A DNA stretch of 56,382 bases from positions 1 to 56,382 of the forward strand of contig JQDQ01000013.1 of assembly GCA_000747625.2 (NCBI GenBank), written 5' to 3'. Source of the DNA: Smithella sp. SCADC (lineage in GTDB: Bacteria; Desulfobacterota; Syntrophia; Syntrophales; Smithellaceae). A program made the translations under genes and the position numbers. The notes under the pieces were generated by a model, which saw nothing but the letters and a program-made list of their open reading frames with translations, had not been told where the DNA came from and did no database searches. Below, one piece after another: positions 1 to 9,014 of the stretch; position 1 is the first letter of the stretch; the number at the start of each line of letters is the position of its first letter.

Positions 1-609
1 CGCCTTGATTCCATTGCGCAGGCCTGTGACAACCTCATTGAACGGCAATTGAGCAAGTGTGAATTTGTCGCCTTTTTCACCTTTCAGATCGCTCAGAAGA
101 AGAGTTAAATCTTTCCCTTTGATAAGGCTTCCGGATTTGCCCTCACCGACCAGATTTCCGTCATTATCTTTGACCTTAAATATGCCTTCACTATTTAATC
201 TGATATCATAAACCGGATCTTTCGCGGTGGAGGAAAATTCTATAATCCTGAAGGTAAGCCCGTCAGACTTTTTAGTTATCTGCCAATCGAGATGCAGCCG
301 CTTGACTACCTGCTCGGCGTTGGTGCGCGATTTGAGTATTTCCAATTCCGCGTTGACGGGATTGGAGGTATTGAGAGCCAGTTCGCCCAGTAGTCCGCCT
401 TTTCCTTTATCGTCTTTCACGTGAAGGGTGGCGGAGGCTTCGTAAACCGGTTTCATCATGAAGGTGTATAAGGCCACGACGATGAAAACGGCCAGAAATG
501 CCAGGATGAATGTTTTCCAGCGCCGCATGATAACGGCGATGTATTCAAAGATGTCTTCCTGCTGGGGACGTATGGGATTACCCGGTGTCATGGGAATGTT
601 GGTATTCAT
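1..609 (-). CDS. Polysaccharide chain-length determinant (Wzz/GumC-type co-polymerase), N-terminal part; the 3' end runs off the window
   Basis: Absent from the ORF track because there is no stop in the window. A reverse-strand ATG at 607-609 opens MNTNIPMTPGNPIRPQQEDIFEYIAVIMRRWKTFILAFLAVFIVVALYTFMMKPVYEASATLHVKDDKG... This gives a short cytoplasmic head, one TM helix and then a soluble region, as in Wzz-domain proteins. It lies 41 bp downstream of the Wza-like gene. Confidence 0.65.
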   Translation of the reverse strand, partial: MNTNIPMTPGNPIRPQQEDIFEYIAVIMRRWKTFILAFLAVFIVVALYTFMMKPVYEASATLHVKDDKGKGGLLGELALNTSNPVNAELEILKSRTNAEQVVKRLHLDWQITKKSDGLTFRIIEFSSTAKDPVYDIRLNSEGIFKVKDNDGNLVGEGKSGSLIKGKDLTLLLSDLKGEKGDKFTLAQLPFNEVVTGLRNGIKA

Positions 610-650
610 GACGCTCCTCTTTCATGCTTTATTCTCTTTTATTTTTTTGT

Positions 651-1826
651 TTAATCACTCAAGTATTTGATGGAAACAAACGGTTGAAGAAGCGCGCTGA
701 AGGCCTGAAGCGACGGCAGTATTTCATTGATGGCGTCATTCCAGTTTCCCAGACCGCTTTTGGGAACGAAGACGATGTCGCCCTGCTGAAGAATCAGAGG
801 CATGGCCTCGCCGCGCAATATTTTATCAAAATCAATTACCATCAGTTCGCCGCGTGTAGTGGAAAGCGAACGGATGATGCGAATGTAACGAAAATCATGA
901 CCGGTGTCGCGCAGTTCCGCGGTGGCAATTGCCTGCGGTAGTGTCAGCCCGCCGGGAGGCATTGCCACGGGCCCGCCTTTTTTGACTGCGCCGAAAACAA
1001 AGACGAGTCTGTTTTTGCTATCGGGAATGTAAATAGTATCACCCGGTTTGAGCCAGACATTATGACGCTGGTCTCCTTTGTTCAGCAGATCATTGATATC
1101 CACCGGCGCTGTTTTTTTATCCCGGATAAGTCTGGCGGAACTTAGATCGGCAGTGCTGTCGTATCCGTTCCCCAAAGCAATGCCCTGTAAAAGATTCAAA
1201 GGTCTGTCCATGTAAAATGTGCCTGAGTTTCTGAATTGTCCCAGTAAATAAAGTGGATGGCTTTTGTATTCCCCGACTTCGACGACAACCCAGGGATCGT
1301 TCAGATATTTTTTGGCGGCTTCGACAATGCGTTTTTGCGCCTGCGATATGGTCAAACCGCCGACCTGAATTTCGCCGAGGTACGGCAGGTGAATTTTTCC
1401 GTTTCCATCAACCCGGCTTCCGGAAGGAACCTGAATTTTGCCTAGTTCGGAATAACTTGTAGTATTGGTCAAACTGGAGAATTCCGGTTTGCCGCTGACA
1501 TTGATAAAGAGAACGTCTTCCGGATCGATGGTGTATTCCGGCAAAGGAGCCGGTTCATTAAGTGGAAGAATTGTTACTGTTTCTTCGGTAACGATCGCGC
1601 TTGAGGCCTTAATTCCGACCGGGGCAGTTGATTCTTGGAAGCGACCCTGATACCATACATACGCTGGCCGTGCTTTAATTCCGCCCGGGATAGTTGATTC
1701 TCCAACAGGAATTTTTTGAACTGTGCCGGGAGATATGTCCCGATACCTGGCGCATCCTGTCAGCATTAGAAATGCTATAAACAGTGTAAATAAAAATGTA
1801 GAAAGGATGGGTTTGTTGCGTGTCAT
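651..1826 (-). CDS. Polysaccharide export outer-membrane lipoprotein (Wza-like; Poly_export + SLBB domains)
   Basis: 391 aa with a lipoprotein signal (FLMLTGC). Poly_export-like core: IDPEDVLFINVSGKPEF...GSRVDGNGKIHLPYLGEIQVGGLTISQAQKRIVEAAKKYLNDPWVVVEV. SLBB-like repeats follow (GDTIYIP, GDIVFVP). Confidence 0.8.
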   Translation of the reverse strand: MTRNKPILSTFLFTLFIAFLMLTGCARYRDISPGTVQKIPVGESTIPGGIKARPAYVWYQGRFQESTAPVGIKASSAIVTEETVTILPLNEPAPLPEYTIDPEDVLFINVSGKPEFSSLTNTTSYSELGKIQVPSGSRVDGNGKIHLPYLGEIQVGGLTISQAQKRIVEAAKKYLNDPWVVVEVGEYKSHPLYLLGQFRNSGTFYMDRPLNLLQGIALGNGYDSTADLSSARLIRDKKTAPVDINDLLNKGDQRHNVWLKPGDTIYIPDSKNRLVFVFGAVKKGGPVAMPPGGLTLPQAIATAELRDTGHDFRYIRIIRSLSTTRGELMVIDFDKILRGEAMPLILQQGDIVFVPKSGLGNWNDAINEILPSLQAFSALLQPFVSIKYLSD

Positions 1827-1874
1827 TTTGATTACCTTAGAGTTTTAAGTAATTAAGTTTTAAGTAATATCTTT

Positions 1875-1936
1875 GTCATTTCGACCGAAGGGAGAAATCT
1901 TTAAGATTCCTCTTCGCTTACGCTCATCGGAATGAC
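1875..1936. repeat. Hairpin-forming intergenic repeat, family A, copy a
   Basis: The left arm gtcatttcgaccgaagggagaaatct is identical to the left arm at 46723. The right arm agattcctcttcgcttacgctcatcggaatgac is an imperfect inverted repeat of it. Confidence 0.7.
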
Positions 1937-2201
1937 ATGCCGTAAAAATGTTCAAGGTGCAAGGTGAATATAAACATTTCCCTGAAACATGAAAATGTTT
2001 TTTAAATGGACGGTTTATACAGCTCCGCCCTCTCAGTTACAAAATAGTAACTGACAGGCATGACGAATATACCCCCCGAAGCAAACTTTGGAGGGTTGGG
2101 TCTTGTTACATCTTTAATATTGAACGGTATTTAATACTCCTTGCATCAATTTCTGTCAATGGATTATCTTGAAAAACATTGCGGAATTATCTTGCAGAAA
2201 A

Positions 2202-2278
2202 TGGTCGGGGCGGAGTGATTTGAACACTCGACATCCTGGTCCCAAACCAGGCGCGCTACCAGGCTGCGCTACGCCCCG
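2202..2278 (-). tRNA. tRNA-Pro (anticodon UGG), CCA encoded
   Basis: Reverse complement: CGGGGCG-TA-GCGC-AGCCTGGTA-GCGC-G-CCTGG-TTTGGGA-CCAGG-ATGTC-GAGTG-TTCAAAT-CACTC-CGCCCCG-A-CCA. This is a full cloverleaf with a 7-bp acceptor stem and TGG at anticodon positions 34-36. Confidence 0.9.
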
Positions 2279-2871
2279 ACATCCAATCTTTCAGCAAGTT
2301 TTTTTCTGAGCCGGGCGAAAGCCTGCCCTCGATGACTTACTTTGTTTTTTATTTCCGGAGACAGTTCGGCTGCCGTTTTTTTCAGCTCCGGCACGAAGAA
2401 AACCGGATCATAACCGAATCCGTTTTTTCCGCGGCGTTCATCAATAATCAAGCCGTGCCACTTTGATTCAAAAGAATCATAACTGCCGTCTGTTCTATAT
2501 AATACAAGAGCGCAGCAAAAAAAAGCTGTTCTTTTTTCCCGCGGAATATTTTTTAATCTCTCCAGAAGAAGGTCTATATTATCGTCGTCTGTTGCCTTTT
2601 CTCCGGCATAACGCGCCGAATAAATGCCCGGCTGGCCGCCTAATTCTTCCACCCGCAATCCCGAATCATCCGCCAAAACCGTCTCGTTGGTAAATTCGGA
2701 AATTATTCTCGCCTTCTTTAAGGCGTTTTCCAGAAAAGTACTTCCGTCTTCAACGATTTCCGGCACATTGGTGTAAGCTTTCAAAGAAACTAATTCGATT
2801 TCCATTCCTTCAAGCATTTCTTTAATTTCTTTGACTTTTCCTTCGTTACCGGAAGCGAAAACGATTTTCAT
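2269..2871 (-). CDS. rdgB: dITP/XTP pyrophosphatase (non-canonical purine NTP pyrophosphatase, Ham1/RdgB family)
   Basis: 200 aa, MKIVFASGNEGKVKEIKEML...ADDSGL.V..LGG.PG.YSARYAG...FGYDP.F. This is the typical RdgB length and motif set. Confidence 0.9.
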   Translation of the reverse strand: MKIVFASGNEGKVKEIKEMLEGMEIELVSLKAYTNVPEIVEDGSTFLENALKKARIISEFTNETVLADDSGLRVEELGGQPGIYSARYAGEKATDDDNIDLLLERLKNIPREKRTAFFCCALVLYRTDGSYDSFESKWHGLIIDERRGKNGFGYDPVFFVPELKKTAAELSPEIKNKVSHRGQAFARLRKKLAERLDVGA

Positions 2872-2884
2872 CCCTTCAGATCAC

Positions 2885-2971
2885 CTACAATTTCTTAAAT
2901 AAATCAACGAGCGCAACAAACGCACCGGTAATTGATGCCGTTCTGGTTCCGCCATCAGCCTGAATAACATC
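2885..2971 (-). pseudogene. rph: Relic of RNase PH (rph): only about 29 codons of the conserved core remain
   Basis: The reverse strand reads [28 protein letters not shown], which matches the RNase PH active-site block ([18 protein letters not shown]). Stops or absent homology flank it on both sides. It sits exactly where rph normally precedes rdgB. Confidence 0.65.
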
Positions 2972-2991
2972 TTTAATCACCTTAATCACCT

Positions 2992-3693
2992 TTAAAATGA
3001 CTTAATGCTCTTGGCCAGAGCCTTGGCAATTTCTGTTTGGGTATTTACAGAAAGCAATTTCTTTTTGTCTTCAGGATTAGTGGCAAAGCCCATTTCCACA
3101 CTCACAGCCGGAACAAGCAAACCATCAGTTACCGGTAAATCAGCCTTCCGCAAGCCCCTGCCCTTTCGCGGGAATAAAGCATTCATGTTTCCCTGAATAA
3201 TTTTCGCCATCCTTAAAGATTCATTCTGACATTTATTTTTCAATGCCGAAGTATTGTCTTTCGCTGCCTTTTTTTCTTTTACCGCTTCCTCGCCGAACTC
3301 CGGATAATAAAGCTCAAACCCGGAAGCTTCTTTGCCAAATCCCCCATTAACGTGAAGACTTAAGAGAATGTCCGGTTTGATTTTTTTGACACTATCTTTG
3401 CGGTCTTCCAGATCCACTGTTTTATCTGAATCACGGGTTAGAAATACTTCCAGATTATTTTCTTTGGCCAGCAGTTGCTTTATCGATAACGCAACTCTCA
3501 GCGTAATATCTTTTTCGGAAACATCTTTATTCAGCTTAATACCCTGTTCCTTTCCTCCATGCGCCGGATCGATAAGGATTATTTTCTTTTTACCCGCAGC
3601 GGATAAATCGCCACTCGTAAAAATTAATAAGGACATTAAAATGCCCATGATCAGCAATATTTTCTTCTTATCCAACATAATTTCCACCTGCAC
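2992..3693 (-). CDS. N-acetylmuramoyl-L-alanine amidase (Amidase_3 family)
   Basis: 233 aa with an N-terminal signal/[15 protein letters not shown]...SLHVNGG...E.GF..N are the zinc-ligand blocks of AmiA/B/C-type amidases. Confidence 0.85.
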   Translation of the reverse strand: MQVEIMLDKKKILLIMGILMSLLIFTSGDLSAAGKKKIILIDPAHGGKEQGIKLNKDVSEKDITLRVALSIKQLLAKENNLEVFLTRDSDKTVDLEDRKDSVKKIKPDILLSLHVNGGFGKEASGFELYYPEFGEEAVKEKKAAKDNTSALKNKCQNESLRMAKIIQGNMNALFPRKGRGLRKADLPVTDGLLVPAVSVEMGFATNPEDKKKLLSVNTQTEIAKALAKSIKSF

Positions 3694-3760
3694 TGAATTT
3701 GCGCTTGCTTATAGCAGAGTCTCTTTGTTTGTCAACAATCAAATGATAAGCAGATTATTT

Positions 3761-5917
3761 TCAGAAATGCCGTAATCTCTCAATGGATTTAACAAATTTC
3801 AACTGTCTGATTGCCGCCAGGACTTGATTGAGTTGATTTAAGGTATTTATGTCGATTATAAAATTGCAGATAGCAACCATGCCGATTGTTTCTATCTGCG
3901 CGTAACTTATATTGATGTCAAAAGACGAAATAACGGAACTAACTTCCGTCAAAACACCCTTGATATCATCACATACAATTTTAATGTGCACGGGATAAGT
4001 ATTCTCTTCCCTGGCATTCCATTCTATGCCGACAATCCTCTCTTTTCCCATTTTTTTAATGTAGGGACAATTTTTTGTATGCACAATGATACCGCGCCCA
4101 CGCGAAATATAGCCCGATATTTCATCTCCGGGAATGGGATTGCAGCATTTGGCAAAATTTAACAGGACATCGTCCATATCGTCAAGGCCAACAAGCGATA
4201 CTCCCCTGGACTGTGAAGCAGCCCTCCTCTTCTTTATCTTATCGATAATCGGCTCTGGAATACTGACAGGTTCTCCTGCCAGAAAATTATTAACTATGCG
4301 CCTGGCTGAAATCCGGCCGAGACCTACCTGAGAAATTAATTCATCAAGTGTATTTACAGAACATTCGCTGAATACTTTTTTAATTTCGCCAGACTTAACA
4401 TAACTGCTGAACTTTAAATTGTGTCTCCTGAATTCTTTATCCAGCAAATCACGCCCCAAAACCAGATTGTTTTTCTTCTCTTCCAGATTTATCCAGTTTC
4501 TGATTTTGAAAATAGCTCTTGTAGTTACTACATATTTCAACCAGTCTTTGCTGGGATGATGACCTGCCTGAGTTATGATTTCAACTGTCTCACCATTTTG
4601 CAGTTTATACTTTAACGGAACGATACTTTTATTTACTTTCGCTCCGATACACTGATTACCGACATCAGTATGAATGCTGTAGGCAAAATCAATGGGAGTG
4701 GCTCCCTTGGGAAAAGATTTGACGTCGCCATCGGGGGTAAAAACATAAACTTCTTCCGGAAATAACGCCAATTTCAAATTGGTCATGAATTCCTTCGGAT
4801 CTTTTACCTCATTTTGTATTTCCATTATTTCTCTGAGTTTTTTAATTTGATTTTCTTCACTGTTCTTATAGTCGACAAGCCCTTCCTTATAACGCCAGTG
4901 AGCGGCAATTCCTTTTTCCGCCCATTCGTGCATTTTTTTAGTTCTGATCTGAATTTCCACTCTTTCTCCGTAAGGCCCGATCACCGTGGTATGCAATGAT
5001 TGATAATAGTTGGCCTTAGGCATGGCGATATAATCCTTAAACCTTCCGGGCACAGGTTTCCACAAAGCATGCACCATGCTTAAAACTTCATAGCAACTTC
5101 TTTCCTGATCGGAATCAAGGATTACACGAAAGGCAATAAGGTCATAAACTTCGTCAAAATTTATGTGCTGCTCGTGCATTTTTTTATAAATGCTGTAAAG
5201 ATGTTTTGCTCTTCCTTCAACTTTGCATTTGATGGAATATTTTTCCAATTCAGTATAAATAATACTCTTAACTTCTTCCGTATAACGATTACGGGCTTCA
5301 TTGGATTTGGCTATTTTCGCCGATAATTCCTGATAAGCCTCCGGAGCAATATATTGAAAGGACAAATCCTCCAGTTCCATCCTCATCGAGTTAATCCCGA
5401 GACGATTGGCCAATGGCGCATATATATCTATCGTTTCTCTGGCAATATAAATTCTTTTTTCCTTGGGATGGTACTGCAGGGTTCTCATATTGTGAATACG
5501 GTCAGCCAGACGCACCAACAGAATACGGATATCGGCGGACATGGCCAAAATCATTTTGCGAAAATTTTCCGATTGTCTTTCTTCCTGAGAACCAAAAGAA
5601 ATGCGGCTTAGTTTTGTCAACCCACCTACCAGAAAAGCCACATCCTTACCGAATTCATTCTCAATATGTTCCACTGTTGTTAAAGTATCCTCGACTGTAT
5701 CATGCAGCAACCCGCTGATGATTGTCGCGGCATCCATTTTCATATTGGTCAGGATTCCCGCAACTTCCATCGGGTGAGTAAGATATGGTTCACCGGACAA
5801 TCTTACCTGTCCCTGATGCACTGAAGCCGAGTAAATATAAGCCTTTTGAATCATTTCCAGGTCTTCCGGAGGCAGGTAAATCTGGGCTTTATCGATAATG
5901 TCGTTGATCCGCAGCAT
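3761..5917 (-). CDS. rel: Bifunctional (p)ppGpp synthetase/hydrolase (RelA/SpoT homologue)
   Basis: 718 aa with an HD hydrolase motif (HPMEVA...LLHDTVEDT), a synthetase block (YQSLHTTV...EIQIRT) and TGS and ACT-like C-terminal regions. Confidence 0.92.
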   Translation of the reverse strand: MLRINDIIDKAQIYLPPEDLEMIQKAYIYSASVHQGQVRLSGEPYLTHPMEVAGILTNMKMDAATIISGLLHDTVEDTLTTVEHIENEFGKDVAFLVGGLTKLSRISFGSQEERQSENFRKMILAMSADIRILLVRLADRIHNMRTLQYHPKEKRIYIARETIDIYAPLANRLGINSMRMELEDLSFQYIAPEAYQELSAKIAKSNEARNRYTEEVKSIIYTELEKYSIKCKVEGRAKHLYSIYKKMHEQHINFDEVYDLIAFRVILDSDQERSCYEVLSMVHALWKPVPGRFKDYIAMPKANYYQSLHTTVIGPYGERVEIQIRTKKMHEWAEKGIAAHWRYKEGLVDYKNSEENQIKKLREIMEIQNEVKDPKEFMTNLKLALFPEEVYVFTPDGDVKSFPKGATPIDFAYSIHTDVGNQCIGAKVNKSIVPLKYKLQNGETVEIITQAGHHPSKDWLKYVVTTRAIFKIRNWINLEEKKNNLVLGRDLLDKEFRRHNLKFSSYVKSGEIKKVFSECSVNTLDELISQVGLGRISARRIVNNFLAGEPVSIPEPIIDKIKKRRAASQSRGVSLVGLDDMDDVLLNFAKCCNPIPGDEISGYISRGRGIIVHTKNCPYIKKMGKERIVGIEWNAREENTYPVHIKIVCDDIKGVLTEVSSVISSFDINISYAQIETIGMVAICNFIIDINTLNQLNQVLAAIRQLKFVKSIERLRHF

Positions 5918-5929
5918 TAAGTTTCCAGT

Positions 5930-7651
5930 TTATTTGCTTTGTAATTCCTGATCTATAATCTGCTTCACTTGTTGCACTATCTCCTGAAGCGGATATAACT
6001 TATTTTCGCCGGTCTTTCTGATTTTCAATTCAACTTTTCCCTGAGCCAGATTTTTCCGGCCGACAACAACCCTCAGCGGAATTCCGATCAAATCGGCATC
6101 CTTAAACTTCACACCGGCTCTTTCGTCACGATCATCGAAAATAACTTCAATGTTCCCGGCAAGCATGGATTTATAAAGATTTTCCGCAGATTCCATTACA
6201 TCTTCTTCGTTTACATTTACGGGCGTGATAATTACCTGATAGGGCGCCAGGGGCATCGGCCAGATAATTCCGTTTTCATCGTGATTTTGCTCGATACCGG
6301 CAGCCACTGTTCGTCCAATACCAATACCGTAACAGCCCATGATCATGATTTTTTCCTGACCGTTTTTATCCAGGAATCCGGCTTTCATCGCCTTGCTGTA
6401 CTTTGTTCCCAGTTTAAAGACGTGTCCTACTTCAATGCCACGGGCAAATTTAATATCAGTACCGCAGCGGGGACAGTTATCCTGTTCCGTCACAACCCGG
6501 AAATCGGCAAAAGCCTGAATCTGAAAGTCCCTGCCGATATTGACATTCCTATAGTGGTAATCTTCTTTATTGGCTCCGGTGACAAAATTGACCATGTCGA
6601 TTACGGAATAATCCAGAAACACCGGTATTTTAATATTGACCGGCCCGGCAAATCCTCTCGGCGCACCGGTCGCTTTCACGATAATTTCATCGGAGGCAAG
6701 TTCCACTTCGTTTGCGCCTATATAATTCTTTACCTTAATTTCATTGACTTCATGATCACCGCGGATAAGCACGGCGTACTGTTGGCCGTCGGCATTGAAA
6801 ATCAAAGTCTTCACAATATCCTGAGGCTTCACATTTAAAAATTCGCTAACCTCTTCTATTGTCCGCACATTCGGGGTATTAACTTCCTCCAGAGAAAGCC
6901 AGTCATCCTCGTATATTTCTTTTCTTTCCGGACAGGCTACCTCGGCCTTTTCCAGATTGGCGGCATACGAGCACTTTTCACAAAAGACCATCGCATCTTC
7001 ACCGGATTCGGCCATCACCATAAATTCATGAGAATATTTCCCGCCGATGCTGCCGGAATCCGCTTCCACGGGACGGAATTTTAAACCGCAACGGCGAAAG
7101 ATGTTGTTATAAGCGATGAACATCTTTTCGTAACTTTTTTCCGCTCCTTCTTCATCGACATCAAAGCTGTAGGCATCTTTCATCCCGAATTCGCGACAAC
7201 GCATCACACCGAAGCGCGGACGAACTTCGTCACGGAATTTTGTCTGAATCTGATAAAGATTGCGCGGCAACTGACGATAGGTTTTTATATCGTTGCGTAC
7301 CAGAGAGGTAATTACTTCCTCATGTGTCGGCCCGAGGCAGTATTCATGATCATGACGATCGCGAAATCTCAAAAGTTCCTTGCCATAATGCTCCCAGCGG
7401 CCTGACTCCTGCCACAGCTCCGTGGGTTGGACCATGGGCATATGAACTTCCTGCGCTCCGGCTTTGTTCATCTCCTCCCGGATAATTTGTTCCAGTTTGC
7501 GAATAACCCGATAACCCAGCGGCAGGTATGAATATATGCCGCTGGTCAATTTTCTGATCATGCCGGCTCTGATCATCAGTTGCTGGCTGATAACTTCAGC
7601 ATCCGAAGGCACTTCCCTGCCGGTCGGCAAAAACATCTCTGAATAGCGCAT
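5930..7651 (-). CDS. proS: Proline--tRNA ligase (bacterial type with INS editing domain)
   Basis: 573 aa, MRYSEMFLPTGREVPSDAEVISQQLMIRAGMIRKL...FRDE.RPRFG..R.REF.MKDAYSF. Class II aaRS motifs are present. Confidence 0.95.
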   Translation of the reverse strand: MRYSEMFLPTGREVPSDAEVISQQLMIRAGMIRKLTSGIYSYLPLGYRVIRKLEQIIREEMNKAGAQEVHMPMVQPTELWQESGRWEHYGKELLRFRDRHDHEYCLGPTHEEVITSLVRNDIKTYRQLPRNLYQIQTKFRDEVRPRFGVMRCREFGMKDAYSFDVDEEGAEKSYEKMFIAYNNIFRRCGLKFRPVEADSGSIGGKYSHEFMVMAESGEDAMVFCEKCSYAANLEKAEVACPERKEIYEDDWLSLEEVNTPNVRTIEEVSEFLNVKPQDIVKTLIFNADGQQYAVLIRGDHEVNEIKVKNYIGANEVELASDEIIVKATGAPRGFAGPVNIKIPVFLDYSVIDMVNFVTGANKEDYHYRNVNIGRDFQIQAFADFRVVTEQDNCPRCGTDIKFARGIEVGHVFKLGTKYSKAMKAGFLDKNGQEKIMIMGCYGIGIGRTVAAGIEQNHDENGIIWPMPLAPYQVIITPVNVNEEDVMESAENLYKSMLAGNIEVIFDDRDERAGVKFKDADLIGIPLRVVVGRKNLAQGKVELKIRKTGENKLYPLQEIVQQVKQIIDQELQSK

Positions 7652-8793
7652 TAATTATTTTTCCTTTCCTTAATCATCAAACTTATTTCTTCAAGTAATA
7701 CTTTAGCAAAGTCTTCTTCTTTGACTTTTTTAAAGGCTTTTCCCTTTTTAAACAGAATCCCCTGCTTTTTGCCGCCAGCAATGCCGATATCCGCATCGGC
7801 AGCTTCACCGGGTCCGTTTACGACACAGCCCATTAAGGCTACTTTCAAATAATCTTTTTTGCCGGCAAGCGCTTTTTCAATTTTGTCTGTCAAATTTAAG
7901 AGATCAATTTCACAACGTCCGCAAGTCGGACAGGAAACGATATCCGGCCCGATCTTCCTGATGTTCAACGCCCGTAAAATGCCATAGGCGACGGGAATCT
8001 CCGAAACCGGGTTGCCGGTAACAGAAACCCTGATTGTATCGCCGATGCCTTCATAAAGAAGCGTTCCGATTCCCAGCGCCGATTTTATAGCGGCATTAAC
8101 CAATGATCCGGCTTCGGTTACTCCCAGATGCAGAGGATAGCCGGTCCTGGCGGAAATTGCGCGATAAGCCTCTATCATGGTGGGAACATCCGATGATTTC
8201 AGGGATAATTTTATTTTTTTAAAGCCCTGATGCTCAAAAAGATCAATATTCCGTAAAGCGCTCTCTGTAAGGGCTTCCGCCGTTGCGCCTCTGTATTTCA
8301 GCAATAAATCTTTTTGCAGAGAACCGGAATTAATACCAATACGAATTACGGTTTCCCGCTCTTTGGCAACTTCGATGATCTGGCGGATTTTATCAGGAGC
8401 GATATTGCCGGGGTTGATCCTGATGCCGGCTACCCCGTTTTTCATGGCAGCTACAGCCAGCCGGTAATCAAAATGAATATCCGCTATCAAAGGTATTTTT
8501 ATTCTCTTTTTTATATGCGGCAGAGCCTCTACAGCTTCTTTATCAGGCAGAGCAACTCGGATAACTTCACATCCGGCTCTTTCCAGAGATTTAATCTGCG
8601 CGACAGTAGCTTGGACATCGCGCGTATCCGTATTCGTCATCGATTGTACAACAACCGGAGCATCTCCGCCTATTTGTACATCATCAAGGTTTATTTTTTT
8701 TGTTCTTTTTCTCTTGATCGAGGATAAATGTTCCACAAGCGTCAGCTTCTCAATATTTTTTTTATAGACATTTGAAAAACTGCGCCGTGTCAT
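7651..8793 (-). CDS. ispG: 4-hydroxy-3-methylbut-2-en-1-yl diphosphate synthase
   Basis: 380 aa, GGDAPVVVQSMTNTDT...RINPGN...CPTCGRC...GCVVNGPGE. The start codon lies inside repeat copy b, so the N-terminal extent is uncertain. Confidence 0.9.
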   Translation of the reverse strand: MTRRSFSNVYKKNIEKLTLVEHLSSIKRKRTKKINLDDVQIGGDAPVVVQSMTNTDTRDVQATVAQIKSLERAGCEVIRVALPDKEAVEALPHIKKRIKIPLIADIHFDYRLAVAAMKNGVAGIRINPGNIAPDKIRQIIEVAKERETVIRIGINSGSLQKDLLLKYRGATAEALTESALRNIDLFEHQGFKKIKLSLKSSDVPTMIEAYRAISARTGYPLHLGVTEAGSLVNAAIKSALGIGTLLYEGIGDTIRVSVTGNPVSEIPVAYGILRALNIRKIGPDIVSCPTCGRCEIDLLNLTDKIEKALAGKKDYLKVALMGCVVNGPGEAADADIGIAGGKKQGILFKKGKAFKKVKEEDFAKVLLEEISLMIKERKNN

Positions 8794-8869
8794 TTCGAGG
8801 AGTGAAGCGACGAGAAATCTTTTTTTTATATTAATACTTTATAAGATTTCTCCCTACGGTCGAAATGAC
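8789..8869. repeat. Hairpin-forming intergenic repeat, family A, copy b
   Basis: gtcatttcgaggagtgaagcgacgagaaatct - AT-rich loop - agatttctccctacggtcgaaatgac. The terminal 10-bp and inner 9-bp stems are shared with copies a and d. Confidence 0.7.
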
Positions 8870-9014
8870 AAATTGAAATTTATTCAAATGTTTCTTACGT
8901 AGGATTTATAACATGTGAATTAATCTTAGGCAATGAGAAAATTGCATTGTAAACGGCCAACGCAAAGTTTTTATTAAATATTTTTTTAGCTCAGAAATGT
9001 GGCAAAGATGAAAT

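Noticed and set aside
458-941. Plus-strand track ORFs 458-670 and 624-941 at the Wzz/Wza junction.
   Set aside because: They are antisense to the Wzz N-terminus and the Wza C-terminus. The minus-strand readings have clear family features.
6281-6838. 185-aa plus-strand ORF inside proS. Similar long antisense ORFs occur at 8314-8727, 19731-20384, 31485-32102, 32588-33064, 43494-44021, 40153-40608 and 47981-48541.
   Set aside because: Each lies wholly antisense to a strongly supported conserved gene. They have low-complexity or hydrophobic-nonsense composition, no Shine-Dalgarno or start context, and no recognisable motifs. They are shadow ORFs.
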